Shown one piece after another: positions 48,301-60,877 of a stretch of 64,000 bases of DNA. The first letter of the stretch is position 1, and each line of letters begins with the position of its first letter. Under the pieces are notes generated by a model that searched no databases, had not been told where the DNA came from, and saw nothing but the letters and a program-made list of their open reading frames with translations. The stretch is from Camelus ferus (lineage: Eukaryota), in the NCBI RefSeq assembly GCF_009834535.1, contig NC_045696.1, positions 12,836,001 to 12,900,000 on the forward strand, read 5' to 3'. The translations under genes and the position numbers were made by a program.

Positions 48301-51300
48301 GGGAAATGATCATTGTTCATTGGCAGCGGAATGAGCCACAAGTCTCCAAAAAGACTATGGACCTCCAGGGGCTTAAATAAAGGAAGCAAGTTTTTAAGGG
48401 GAGAAAGAAGTCCTTTAAAATACAATCACCATTTCTAGCCCATCATTAGACTCCTTCATTAAGTAACACTTAGCTAACCATAAGTCCTCGAGACACCAAT
48501 GCTTGTCCTAAACAAACAAATGATGTGATTGGTATTACTTCCAAAAGGGGAATTCCAAAGAGTTGACTTTCTAAATCAGGACCTTTGTGAAGTTAGTTTT
48601 CCCAATAGAAAATGTGAATAAGAGAAATATGAATCCCACCTCTTGGATTATTAGAGAATCACTGGCCCTTCTCCAGTTAGAGAGAATTTAGAGTTGGACA
48701 GATATGAAGATTTCATGCTAATTATTTGAGAATTTTCTTTATCTTCAGCTGAGCTAAAATCTGGCATACTTCCATGTAAATCTAGACCATGGCTTTTTTT
48801 TTTTTTTTTCAAGTTTTTGGTTTTTATCTAGAAAGAGTCAAGGACACTGGTATCAACCCAAGCTGGTAGCTTTCAACATTTTGTTTCAAAAAATTCTTTC
48901 AAGCTATTAGAATTTTTCAAAGCTGAGCATGAATTAATCATAAGACATTTAGTTAAAAAAAAATCCAAGACCCATTCTGTTGGTGTCTCTTTTAAGTAAT
49001 ACTATTTTGTCTTCACACATTGGGTGTTTTGTGTAGCAGTGGGAGGTATGCCGAGTAGCTAAAATAGCTACCCTTGAACCTACTTTAACTGGGGATTGTG
49101 GGAGTGTCTTTTTGTGCACACGTGCAAAAGTGTCGCATTGTCATTGTCTCCTTCCTTCAACTTTTTCTACCTTTTGTGTTAATTTTCTCTCCATCCTCAG
49201 GCCCCCAAAGTTTCTATACTTTCAATCCTTGTTTTAACTGGAAAGATTCTGGAAAACCTCATTCACACAAAGCAATCAATGAAAACTGAGGTTTATCTTT
49301 CTATCTCTCTCAGGGTGTACTTTTGAGTCTCCACAGGGAAATCAGTAGTAAGTCTAGGGGCAAAGTTCCCACTGGAATTCTACCAACCAACTGGGTAACG
49401 ATGGCATCTGGAGAAATGGGCCAGGTGAGCTTCTTAGAACTCTCTGAAGTTGTGTTCCGTCCCGATTCTGACCCTACCGTTCAAGCTGCCTGGGCATGCA
49501 GTGACAACAATCAGCTGAAAACCCCTCGAGGGGATGCTGACAGTGGGAGGGGGTCTCCTATATTTACAGCCTTTACAGAGCACAGAGCTGAGACCCATAG
49601 TAGAAATTTAATTATCAAATACGATAAAATCAATGACACAATATCTATAACCGGTTTGAGTTTGTGATTCTGATATCAGGTGAAGATTCTTTGAGATACA
49701 AAGATATTTTGAGATACAACTGGATGTATTGGTTGGAATCTGTTGCTGAAGGCTGTTAGGAATGATCAGAAAGGAAATGAATGCCTGTGGAGTCCCTGGA
49801 TGCTTGTTCTTGTACCATCTTGTCAGTTTAGTACAGGCAACAAGTCTGGGGGAAGATTTTGTTATACCCATTTTACAGATGTGGAAATATTGACTAAGGG
49901 AGGTTAAGTTACTTGCCCCTGATCAAACAGTTAATAAGTGTTGGGAAGGGCCAGGCCCTTCAAAACCAGGCCCTTGGGGATATTTTACTTTATTAGCCCT
50001 TTACATGTAGGGTTCGTGTCATAAGAGAAAAGCATAAATGTTTCTGTCAGCAAATAGCATCCCCAGTGATCACAGGAAATGATGGAGGAAAGTTCTGTTT
50101 TTATAGAGTAGGAAGGAAAGAAGGGAGAGGTAAATTGTACTTAGTTGTGTACTGAGAAATAAATATATTTCCAAAGGGCTTTTCTTGAAGCAGATGTTTC
50201 TGGCTGAGTGAGTATGTTTTTAAGCTAAATAAGTCAAAATATTCTTCTAAAAGGATAGATCAGTAAGATTCACAAAATGATAGCTACAGTAATAGTAACT
50301 AGGCGAGTGTTTCTAAGAAACATAAAACTTGTCTTTAAACTGAATCAGATCTCTCCATGCAGAGAAATATCATTCAGTCTATTTGATGTATGATCTTGTT
50401 TGCGGATAGCTTTAGGTACTGGTTTATGTAACGTGGTGAATTTTGTTAATTATAAAGAATTGACAATCTGCTAGGTATCATACCACAGCTGTACTTTTAT
50501 CCATATCCATATCTATATTTTTAATTTTATGGGCCCTGAATATCCAGTGTGTATTAAAGGATTCATATGTCTGATGTTTAACAAGCAGGAAGCAAAGTTT
50601 CAAAAAGCTTTTGATGTGTCTTAAAACTATGTGATGCTTTAACAAGAACCAAGGTATCTAGAAATTTTAAGATAGTTTTTTTATGTATTATTAATGGGAG
50701 TTGGCAGCCTTATGTCACTTTTTTTATTTCTAAAAATAAAATGTGAATCTTGATTTAAATTTAAATTAAAGTACTCAAAGACCTTTCAGGCATAAGGTAA
50801 CAATTTTTTTTTTACAGTATTTTATATAGAAAGGGTTTGCTTTGATAGGGAAGTAAAAGAGAAACCCTTTTCAAATTCAGATTTAAATGAAGAGAGTAAA
50901 CCTGGAAGACCTGAGGTTATGGCCACACCAGGGAAATCTCCCTTAACTTGACATGGGGAGAACTCAGGAATTAGAGGCAGTGCTCTTGGCCTTGCTTGTT
51001 CTCTTTGAATTATTCAGATGATGGAGATAATAACCTTAAACCCCACCATTATACACATACTCATATAAGCACACACATGCACACAAGTGCCTTGCCTCCC
51101 CAACACCATCTTGGTCAAATTTATGGTGAAAAGGAAGGGAAAGTAAACACGATTACATTAAGCTTTCATTATTGTTCCTGACTGTTTCCTAGGTGCCAGG
51201 CTGTAGGCTAAATGATTGACATATGCATTCCTGTACTAAGACAAGTTTCTGAGACAGGAAATATCACGCCCATTTTGCAGAAGAGAAAACTGAGTCTCAG

Positions 51301-51496
51301 AGAGATTATGTTCATTGTCCACATTCACCAATTAAAAAGTGGTCTACTGGAGATTCAAATGACTATCGATCCTACTGAATTACACCGACCTGCTGTGTCC
51401 TTAGCCGGTAAGAGCCTTCGCAGGCAAACAGTTGCCAGGAAAGGTTTTTGCGGGTGCCTCAGCACTGTAGCCACTGCCCAAACTCACTTGCCTCTT

Positions 51497-51549
51497 TTTT
51501 TTTTTTGAACTGAAGTATAGTCAGTTACAGTGTGCCAATTTCTCGTGTA
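51497..51549 (-). mobile_element. 53-bp ultra-truncated L1 insertion with a perfect 12-bp TSD
   Basis: CACTTGCCTCTT at 51485-51496 and 51550-51561. The insert is a T tract plus gaactgaagtatagtcagttacagtgtgccaatttctcgtgta, an L1 terminus. Confidence 0.9.
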
Positions 51550-51628
51550 CACTTGCCTCTTGTGTCCGTTTGCCCCGGTGCCCTGGAGGACAGTTTTCAG
51601 ACACCAGCGCTCAGAGGCTGTCCTGTCG

Positions 51629-51790
51629 GCAGGGACAGCTACATACTTTGTGGAGGCACGGTGCAAAAAATCTGGGGCTCCTTGTTCAAAAATTGTTAGG
51701 AATTTCGACAGTGCACCCTGATCATTAAACCAAGCACGGGCCTGCCTGGGCGAAGGACCCCTGTGACGGCACAGTCACATTCCCACGATG
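51629..51790 (-). mobile_element. MER91A-like hAT-Tip100 element
   Basis: cagggacagctacatactttgtgg ... ggggctccttgttcaaaaattgttaggaatttc ... cattaaaccaagcacgggcc. Confidence 0.8.
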
Positions 51791-54700
51791 CGGGCTGTGA
51801 CTGCAGAAGTGTAGACATGTTGAATGGATTCGGGGCCGGCTGCCTCTCAAGTTCCTGGGTGGGGAGAGGAGTGAGCCTTGGAAACGCTCTCTGAGTGTGA
51901 CTTCTCCCTCTCCTGAGGTCTTCTCTGTGTGGAAACCTACACTCATTCTACCAAGGATTTAGAGTTTCCCAGCCTAGACACACCTGGGCCGGGGAGACAA
52001 TTGACCCCAAAGTCCAGTCAAGACATTCTCTAGAACAGTTGTTCTCAGTGCGGCTTCGCAGACCTGGTCTGACTTTGACGAAGTTTTCCTCTCTGATGTA
52101 AAACAAAAGAAAGGACATGGCAGTGAGGTTGTGGGTGTATGTGTGTGTGTGTGTCTATAAAGCTAAATGTGTCCAATATAATGGACATGCTTGTATTTGA
52201 AGATTATGTTTGTCTTATGATTTCGGTGTTCAAATGTCCTCTGTCACAAAGAGATGCTAATGATCACAGTAGCTGTTTTGGAATCATCTTCACTGGCTGA
52301 ATACAAAGTTGGCCACTCTAAGGACATGATTCCCAATATTTGGGGGGAAAATTTTACTGGTTCATGAAATATGAGTGTGGGAACCTACTGAGCAGACAGT
52401 GAAGAACAAGGTGGCATGGTGAAGAGACGCCCCCCCCTTAGTCTTATGACACTCCTTTCCCTCCTGGGGGCTCTTGTCTTCAGCGCTGCTCTGAAAGTCC
52501 GGGACTAGATGACTGCTCAGGTCCTTCCAGCTGCAGCATTTCTGAGAGCTCTGACTGCGTAGATCTAATGACTAAATGACAGTGAGAATTTGGATTACAG
52601 ACCCTGTAGGTCCTGCTCAACTGATTCATGGAGAAACACAGATCAGACAATTTAAGGAAATCTGAAACAGAATAACCACCAAAGCAACCCAACAGCTGCT
52701 AGATAGATACAGAGACAAGCCCATCATAAAATGTACTATGGTATGTCCTAATGGTTGGGATACCAATAAGAAAGTTCTATCTTAAGTACCATTGACTTAG
52801 TCACATCGTGTTTGCAAAACAGGCCGTGGACATCTGTTTATTAAAAAAATTCCTCTTTCATTCTTTCCTTTATATTTTGTCCTTTAACAAATTCCTGAGG
52901 ATACATTTTGCTTGGTCCACCAAGCCCCCACAGTACCATTTTGAAAAGGAAGCTTACGAATTATTTTCTTAATGCATCAAAAAATATGACAGTGATTTGC
53001 CAGTTCAGCATAGGAGCTCAGTCCCTGCCTTTAATGTAATAGGCATTCAAGAAGTATTTGGTAAATGCAGAAATTTTAATAAAAGTGTACTTGTATTCTG
53101 ATTTTATCAAATTGCAAACCTATCTAGCAACTATTCTCCTTTTTTTTTTCTTTTAAAAGCCAAATTTGCCAAGGGAGTGTCTTGCATAGCTACTGTACAA
53201 TCTCCTTTGTGCTTCTGGAATTGTCAAAACAAACTTAACTGCTGTTAGGAACTCTGATCCGATATCACTGTCAAAATGTTTTACCACGATTCGGCCAAAT
53301 GTTTGCGGAACAGCTGTGCTACTAGTCTGCCTGAGTCATTTTCCTTCTTTCCTTTTTGGCCCAATCCTGTGATTCATCATTCTGCTTTTAGAATATTTGC
53401 CTATTTTTAAAACCAGTCAAAGAAGGCAGCCACTGTTTAAAAGTAAACACACCACACATCAACTTGGAGCAGCTTTGTTAGCAGCTTTTCAAGCCCTGAA
53501 ATTTCTGGCTGGCAGGGATGCCAGCTCGACCAGATGGCATCAGGCAGTGAAACACAGGCCTGGCTTTCAAACTCCGTCATCTCCTTACATCTGTCTTTGG
53601 TTTGCTTGTTTCTGCTGCCATTTCCTGCTCGGATTAATCCAACCCGATCCATTCTTTAACAAAAGTCTTGCCTTTATTTTGTTTGTCTCTCTAAAACATC
53701 CGTCATATGTATATGTCTCTGTCAATCAATTAGATTGTTATTTCAACTCGAGGAATCCAATCTTAAGCCATTACTTATCTGCAGAATTATCAGCCTGGTC
53801 ACATCTATGTACCTCAACATGGAGTGATTATCAGTAATGACTGATTTTTATAATGGGCTTTATTGGTTCTGGGTCATACCAGGTATTTGCTATTTACTAT
53901 AGGAAAGTAAATGAATAACTTTTCCCTCACTTTGTTTATAATTAAGCAGGAAGGAATGTGACTTCACAGGGAACAAGGTGGATTAAGTCCCAGGAAGCTT
54001 TGAGTTCCATTCCTCGCTGTCTTTTAGAATTCTAGAATGCACTGTCTGCTCTGGCACCTTATAGAAGTGGTTTCTCCTTCTAACAAGTGCCTGCTCATCT
54101 ATGGTTATTAGGTTGGGATGCCAAAGTGTCATATGTTCCCATTTACCCTTGCCAGATTTTTCTGGCCTTGAACTCAATGAGCTAAAGTAATCATGATGCT
54201 TGGGTTATTGATATTTTATTGAAGTAAATTTAAATGCACCTTAGATCAAAATCGGTTTTACAAACTATAGGTTTTGTAACAAAGGCTAGCTCCAAGGGTC
54301 TTTCTTTCTTTCTTTTTTTTTTTCTTTTTAAATATTTCTGTCTTTTGTCCAATTCTTTGCAAATGATGAGGTGGATTTAAAGAGTCACAGGATTTGGCAG
54401 AATTTGTCACCTCTGTGCGGGAAGAGAACACTGCAAGGGCCAAGGGATCGGCTCTCCTGGTTTCCTTGTGAGACAGCCCTCCAGCGTGCGGTGAGGGTCT
54501 TGGGAAGATTTCTCCATTTCTGCTTGTTCTCTGAAGCTGCGTAGTGTCAGTGAACCTGTGAGCATCCGCTGACTGGCACAGGTATAGGGACAAATGGGTG
54601 CACAGTTGGTCCTGCATCATCATTGTCTTAAGCCTCTCTTAAGAGGGAGTATTATTATACTATTCTTGATTAAAATGTACCGGAGGCCCTTGAGGTGTTT

Positions 54701-55921
54701 GGCAGAGGTGAACACTGTCCTTGCTTGAATTATCCTCCTGGTGATCATCTTTGATGCATTCCGAGAAACGTAATCCCTGACAAGCCTGGAGCTCCTGGTG
54801 TGCTGCGCTGTGTTCTGGACTGCGCCGCCAGTGAGCGGGGGCGAGGATGCTTGCTTCTGCACTGTGTGTGCCCTGCATCACTTCCCCTAGTTCAAGTAGA
54901 ACTTCAGCAGTTTTTATCAATAAAGTTGGTTATGGCGGTGAGAACCTAAAAACCATGCTCTTTCTTTCTAATGATTTAAAATAGATTTTGGTATTTAAAT
55001 TATTCGGCTGGCCTAATTTTTTCTTATTCTCATAGTCATACCTGGGGTAGATGCGGTCATCAAGCAGAGGACTGGAAATGAGTGGCCACTGGACCCGCAG
55101 AGCCAGAGTCTGCTGGCTTGGAGGTTGTCCTCTAGTACCCGGGCTGGGGCAGCAGTATGTCCTTGCGATTTGGATAATCTTCTCTGAGCTTTCCTCTGAC
55201 GCTTCTGAGAACCGCATCTTTTGATCCAGCAACACCTGCCAGTCAGCCAGGGGAAGGCAGCTGAGGACAGAGTTGCGGGCTGTCCCAGCTGGGGCTCTCC
55301 CGCATCGGGGCAGTGCATCAGGCTTCAGGCTGGGACTTCTGCCTGGTGCCTGGGGAAGAAACGCCCTGAACAGGTTGCTGCCTGTGACCCACCGTAACCC
55401 GGACGAAGCTCTGGTCAACTGCCTGTTGGTGGTGGTTTGTGGTAAGAGCAGAGGGCAGACCCATCAAAGCCTGCCACCCTGGGAGTCTGAGAGCAGAGCT
55501 GACACTTCTATTTTTCACTCACACATTCTCCTGTCCCATTGAGGTTGTCGTGGTCACCTCATTAGCACCTTGTTAAAGCACTTTCTTGCATATCATATTT
55601 TTTGGTTTTGGCTACCGTATGAGCCAAAGAAAGACAAGCAGTGCTTCTTAACTGGGGAGCTACTGGACTGAACATTCGAGGAGTCTGATACTTGTTTGCA
55701 AAATTTTGCTCAAACCAGCTATGCAGTTTGTGCTTCTGTTTGTCTCGAAACTAGCAAAATTGTCTTCTGTGTTCTTTCTGTTGCCAACTGAAGTGATGAA
55801 AATCACCGAAGCAGTGTGCACTGATGGTTTAACTCCATGAATCCAAAGTTGGTAACAGCAGGACAACTCACCTGAGAGAAATGGCTCTGTAGTGAAGAAT
55901 CACTTTATTTTCATGTTTCAG

Positions 55922-55983
55922 ATGATACACCTCCTGAAGACGACACTCCTTTGGTCTTTCCAGAGTTAGACCAGCAGCTCCAG
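55922..55983 (+). CDS. MAP3K7CL: MAP3K7 C-terminal-like protein, second coding exon (62 nt, phase 1 to phase 0)
   Basis: Acceptor tttattttcatgtttcAG and donor CAG|GTAAGG. In frame with the 43305-43374 exon, giving DDTPPEDDTPLVFPELDQQLQ (recalled human DDTPPEDSIPLVFPELDQQLQ; TAK1 DNSIPMAYLTLDHQLQ). Confidence 0.95.
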
Positions 55984-56986
55984 GTAAGGATTTTTCTAGA
56001 GTCTTTCTTCTTTCCTTAGTTTCATGGAATACAGTGAGTGGAGAAGTGACTTGATTGGGAAAGACTGGCTTGGAGACAGGGTGGGGGCAGCTGTCACGTC
56101 TGCAGGGTTTGCATTTCTTGAGCTCCGAGGTCACAGAGCCCTCATGTAATATCCCTATCTGGTTATCTGGCTAGAGCACAAGAATATCAAGAACTTAGGG
56201 GGTAAACAAGCCCCTTTTAAAGACTTCTGGAGCCTAGGGACAGGGCTGGTCCCTGCTCTCCTTGGCTGTGAATGTTTCTGGACGATTGCAGTTTCGGCCC
56301 ATTTTGGATTAGTGATAAAGTGCAGAGGAGACTTGTCATGTGTGGCAAGACTTCAGAATAACCTCCCTTTCTCTCCTTCACCCCCACCCCCTCCTCAGTT
56401 CCCTGACAACTTTTAATAGAATGTAGGTATTTTAAGTTAAACCTGAACACTGTCTGGTTTGACCCATGGGAAAAATCTTTTGTGTGCAGTTTATGGATGA
56501 TCTATCAAAGAAATTCCATCTCAATACACCCGAATTATTTGAAACCAGCTAATTTATGACATTTTAATTTTCTTTAGATGATATATAGTGATTCCAGAAA
56601 GATGGTTTTAGGAAGAAGTTCTGCCTAAAATACCTGGATCCTGGCTTTAGGTCAGACGTTCACCTGAGTACTTCACTTTGCAGTCACATTTAGACAAAGT
56701 CTAATAGGGGTCTTGAATCCTGCGCACAGACATTTGCTTACTTACCACATTTTTCTCTGAATACTGACTCTGAAAACCTTTAGGAAGGATCTGCCACCTC
56801 CAGTTCCCAACAGGCCCTGACATTTCCTGTTATCTTAAACTCGGTAACTTTCCCCATTCGTGGGTGTGCCTGGTATCCTGAAATCATTTGAGTTTGGGAC
56901 CCCTGGACCCGAACAGCTGCAGAGGTGGGAAGAACCAAGAACGAACCCTTGTGCAACCCAAGACAGTGTCCCTTATGTTGCAGTTC

Positions 56987-57098
56987 TTTTTTTAAATTAA
57001 AAGAAAAATTTTTTTTGAATGGAAGTACCAGGGATTGAACCCAGGACCTCATGCATGCTCAGCACAGGCTCTACCACTGAGCCACTCCCCTATTCCCC
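56987..57098 (-). mobile_element. vic-1-type SINE
   Basis: gggattgaacccaggacctcatgcatgctcagcacaggctctaccactgagc; TSD-like GTTGCAGTTCTT / GTTCCAGTTCTT. Confidence 0.85.
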
Positions 57099-59889
57099 TG
57101 TTGGTTCCAGTTCTTATCTCAGTGTCCAGCGCAGTGAATTAAAAACCTGGAAGCAACTAGGTCGGGTCTGAGAGCTTGTGATCCACTGCTGGAGTGGCCC
57201 CCCCGAAAATTTACCCCACACAGCTAGGTGTGACCAGACCTCTCGGAGCATCCCTCATCTCACCTCTGCACGGTCCTGGGCATCGTCACAGCCCTCCAAC
57301 AGAAAGCCTGCCAACAGAGCAACATCAGTAATGTAGAGGTTACTGAAGACGGTCCAGGAGGGGGGAGGTTATATTGATCACCGTGCAGCTGTCAAAAGAC
57401 AGCTCTGTTCTCCTCTAAAGTTTCCTCTGCAGCTATTAGCCGTTGCATCTCCTTCTCCCGTACGCCATGCAGGGTCCTCAACCCAGCTCTCCTGGCTCCT
57501 GACATCTAACTATATCCCCCAATCTCTCTTCTTCTCATCATGGAGGACAACTCAGCGGTTCCTCCGCTTTTCTGCCTGGCGTGCTCACGTGACACACAAC
57601 CGTCCTTGCTTGGTTTCTGTCCTCACAGAAGGGCTGTATATGTGCTGCTGCTGATGGTGTAGTTAGGATTACAAAATAATTACTGTATATTTTTCCCAGT
57701 CACAGTTTTTTTTTCTCCCTTATTTTACTGTCACCTCAAAGCTATTTTATTAGCATAGAAGTTAGATGAAGATAAGGAGTTAACATACTTTGAAAATTAA
57801 AGAGTAAAAGCATGTTCAGATTCTTATTCCCCATCAATGTTATGGATCATTAATTCTACTTGTTTGTGTTGACAAACATTTTTTTTTTCCTTCTTTGGGA
57901 ACATTAATGGTTTTCCCTGGCTCGTGGATTATTCTTTACAGGATTCACAGCACCCCTGGCAATTATCCAGATATTTTTTTCTGTTAAAGCCTCACAAGAT
58001 CCAGTTGAATTTTATAGCTTTAATTCCATTTGACATAGCTTAGAAATGAAGTCTGTTTAATTTTAATCCAGTGAGACAATGTCATCTGCATTGATCTTTA
58101 ACGAGTTAGGCAGTTGAGAGGCTGATTTCTGGCTCATGGGCTATGATCCCTCCCACCCCCCCCTAAAATATAGCATTGCTTTACCTCTTCATGAACAGAG
58201 AGAATGCTCCCAGCACTACAACTAAAAGCATTTAAGTAAGTGCTTGTTTGTTGAGTGAAGGGTATGATTGAGTTTGCTATAAACATTTACCAGCCATCAA
58301 GCCATCTGGTTAGGGTTGCCTCTGTCTAGGGCGATTGTCTTTACCTTTATTCTGCACCCCAGGTTATGAGTGACTAAAATACAAGATGGTAGGGATGTAG
58401 AGGGGAACGCTAACACAGAAAGCTACATCTAAAAGCAAATTCTGGTTTCCATGCTTAGCACAAGCATATAAGTTCAGCAGAAAGTCTCTGTACTGAAAAC
58501 AATGAAAATGCTTTATATACGAAAGGAACAATCTATTCCACGGAGCAGGTTGTCTTTACATTCAGTCCCATGTACTATCATCACATGATAATGGCTGTTG
58601 GAATTTTACCGACCATCATAATCCTCTACAGAAGAATAAAAGTTAGGTTACAAAGGCCTATGAAGTGCCGTGTGGTTGTCACTATCTGAGGATGAACTGA
58701 CTCTTGCTTATTTCTACTGGAGCCTTATAAACTTGCCTAGTGAAAAATAACTGATGCCAGATGACCAGCCCTACTCTCAGCATATCCTCAGATTTAAATC
58801 CTACCCAAGCACATTGAGTACCATGAGGCAAGGGGTGTTTCCCCTCAGTGATTTCATTTGATCCTTGAAACAGTTGTGTAAGCGAACTGTTATGTGTCCG
58901 CCATGGAGATGAGAAACTCGAGGTCAAATTTTGGTTTACGTAAATTTGCTAATTCAGGCTAGGTCTCTGATTCTGAATCTCGGTCTCCTGCATTCTTTGA
59001 CAACTTTGGTGGAACCTATGGACTACTTCAATTATGTTGATAGGTGGAGATTTTTCTCTGGTTTCTGGTTTGCAAGGTTGCTATGATGTGGTGATAGAAC
59101 ACCGTCCTGACTTTCCCATATCCATTACACGTTCCTTCATTGTGTATGAAATGCAGCTATCAAGTCATCTCTTTGGTAGATACTCTATCACCAATTTGAC
59201 CCCCACGATTTTTCTCTTGCTTTGCCAAGAATGCGGGCATGTTTGAGCATGTAATTCGTGGTGCTTCTATTTTCGCAGAAGCCAAAAAAAGCCTGGGGCA
59301 AGAATAGCAGTGACAAACATCTCTCTTGATGTCTCTATTAATGCAAAATGCTGGGCAAGAGACCTTGGGGGTAAGGTAGGTGTTAAAATGAACATCTCTT
59401 TATAGGCCGCAGCCCAGGGACAGATGGTAAGTTGGTTCTATTTCCCGCAGATTCCTTTCCTGGAACTTGGTTTCTAAATTCCTTGTGTCCATTAGGGGTG
59501 ATATTTGGGGAGAGCCAGTTTAGACCATACAGCCCAGAGAAAGGAGACCCAATTCTGTGCTCACTTGTGAGAATGAATGAAAAATCATTGCTTTTCTTTA
59601 GGCCTCAGTTTCTTTCTATTTGAAAAAGAGGTAATGACTGACCTCCCTCTCCATTCTAAAGGATGGAACAATTCTTTAGTAGTCCCAAGATCTGGGTCAG
59701 GGCCAAGTTTGTCTTAAAATTTAAGACCATATCGTCATGTTTTGGAGATTGTGGTTTGGCCTATAGATGATCCAGAGCTAAGCTTTGTGGTCTTAATTGC
59801 ACTGGACTGAGGAATATGGTTTTATGATCAGGTGGAAGACATGCTAATGCGTAGATAGTAATTAACTTGCCAATGGGAGTGGCAACGAC

Positions 59890-60110
59890 TGGGGTGTGGG
59901 CAATGGCATTAGGTTGCCTGGATTTGGATCTCAGTTTCACACAGGCTAGTTTGGTGATTTGGGGCATGTTATTCACTTTCTTTAAACTCCACTTTTCTGA
60001 CGTGCAAAGTGGAGATAATATCTCACATCATTATTATGGGAATTAAATGTGATAATGAATAGATCTAGCACAGTACTTGGCAAAATAATTGCTCAATTAA
60101 TGTCAGTTTT
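59890..60110 (+). mobile_element. MIR SINE
   Basis: ggttgcctggatttggatctcag ... gtgatttggggcatgttattcac ... tagcacagtacttggca. Confidence 0.7.
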
Positions 60111-60736
60111 ATTCTCTGGTGAAACTGTTTCTTGAATGAAATATTTAAGCACTGGGAATGCCTCTTTGTATGTGTAAAATGAAATAAGAGAAGCATCTCC
60201 TTGGATTTTTGAGTTAGGGATATAGAGGTGCTAGGTACTTGGAATACAATATGCCTTTTTTTTTTTTTAAACCAAATTGAGCAATAGCTTCAATCCCAAC
60301 TAAAGTCCTCCCATCTAATCTGAGAAGACAGTGACAGGTGTCTCTGTGGTACACATTGAACTTGCTTTTTTCTCAGACAGAGCTTGGTAAGTCCAGAAAC
60401 TGATGTCAGCTCCACAAATAAACAGTTTCATAGCTTCGGTTGTGTACTACAGCATCTGAGAAGCCTCTCCAGAAACTTCTTTTAGGTCTTGCATCAGTGT
60501 ATTGCCTGGTATCTGGGAAACAAAAATGGTAGAAAGTGGAGAAGTCTTAGCATTCCAGGATTCTGCGTGAACACCCACATATACAATTTGGAATTAGCCC
60601 CACAGAAAACACTGAAAAAAATGCCTGCCATTTTTCTCTCTCACACACATGTTAAAAAGTATCTTACAGTTGTCTTTTGGCTGATGTGACTACACAGAAA
60701 ACATATATAAATAACTTGGAGCTTGACAGTAATACC

Positions 60737-60877
60737 TTTAATTTAATTTTTATTTTTTTTAAAGGGTGTTGGTAATTAGGTTTACTTATTTATTTTTAGA
60801 GGAGGTACTGGGGATTGAACCCAGGACCTCGTGTATGCTAAGCATGCGCTCTGCCACTTGAGCTCTACCCGCCCCTC
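60737..60877 (-). mobile_element. vic-1-type SINE
   Basis: ggtaattaggtttacttatttattttt ... ggggattgaacccaggacctcgtgtatgctaagcatgcgctctgccac. Confidence 0.88.

Noticed and set aside
53397..55542. Overlapping 100-160 aa ORFs or a miRNA hairpin in the GC-richer intron segment
   Set aside because: No recognisable domain or mature miRNA sequence. Long frames are explained by locally higher GC content.
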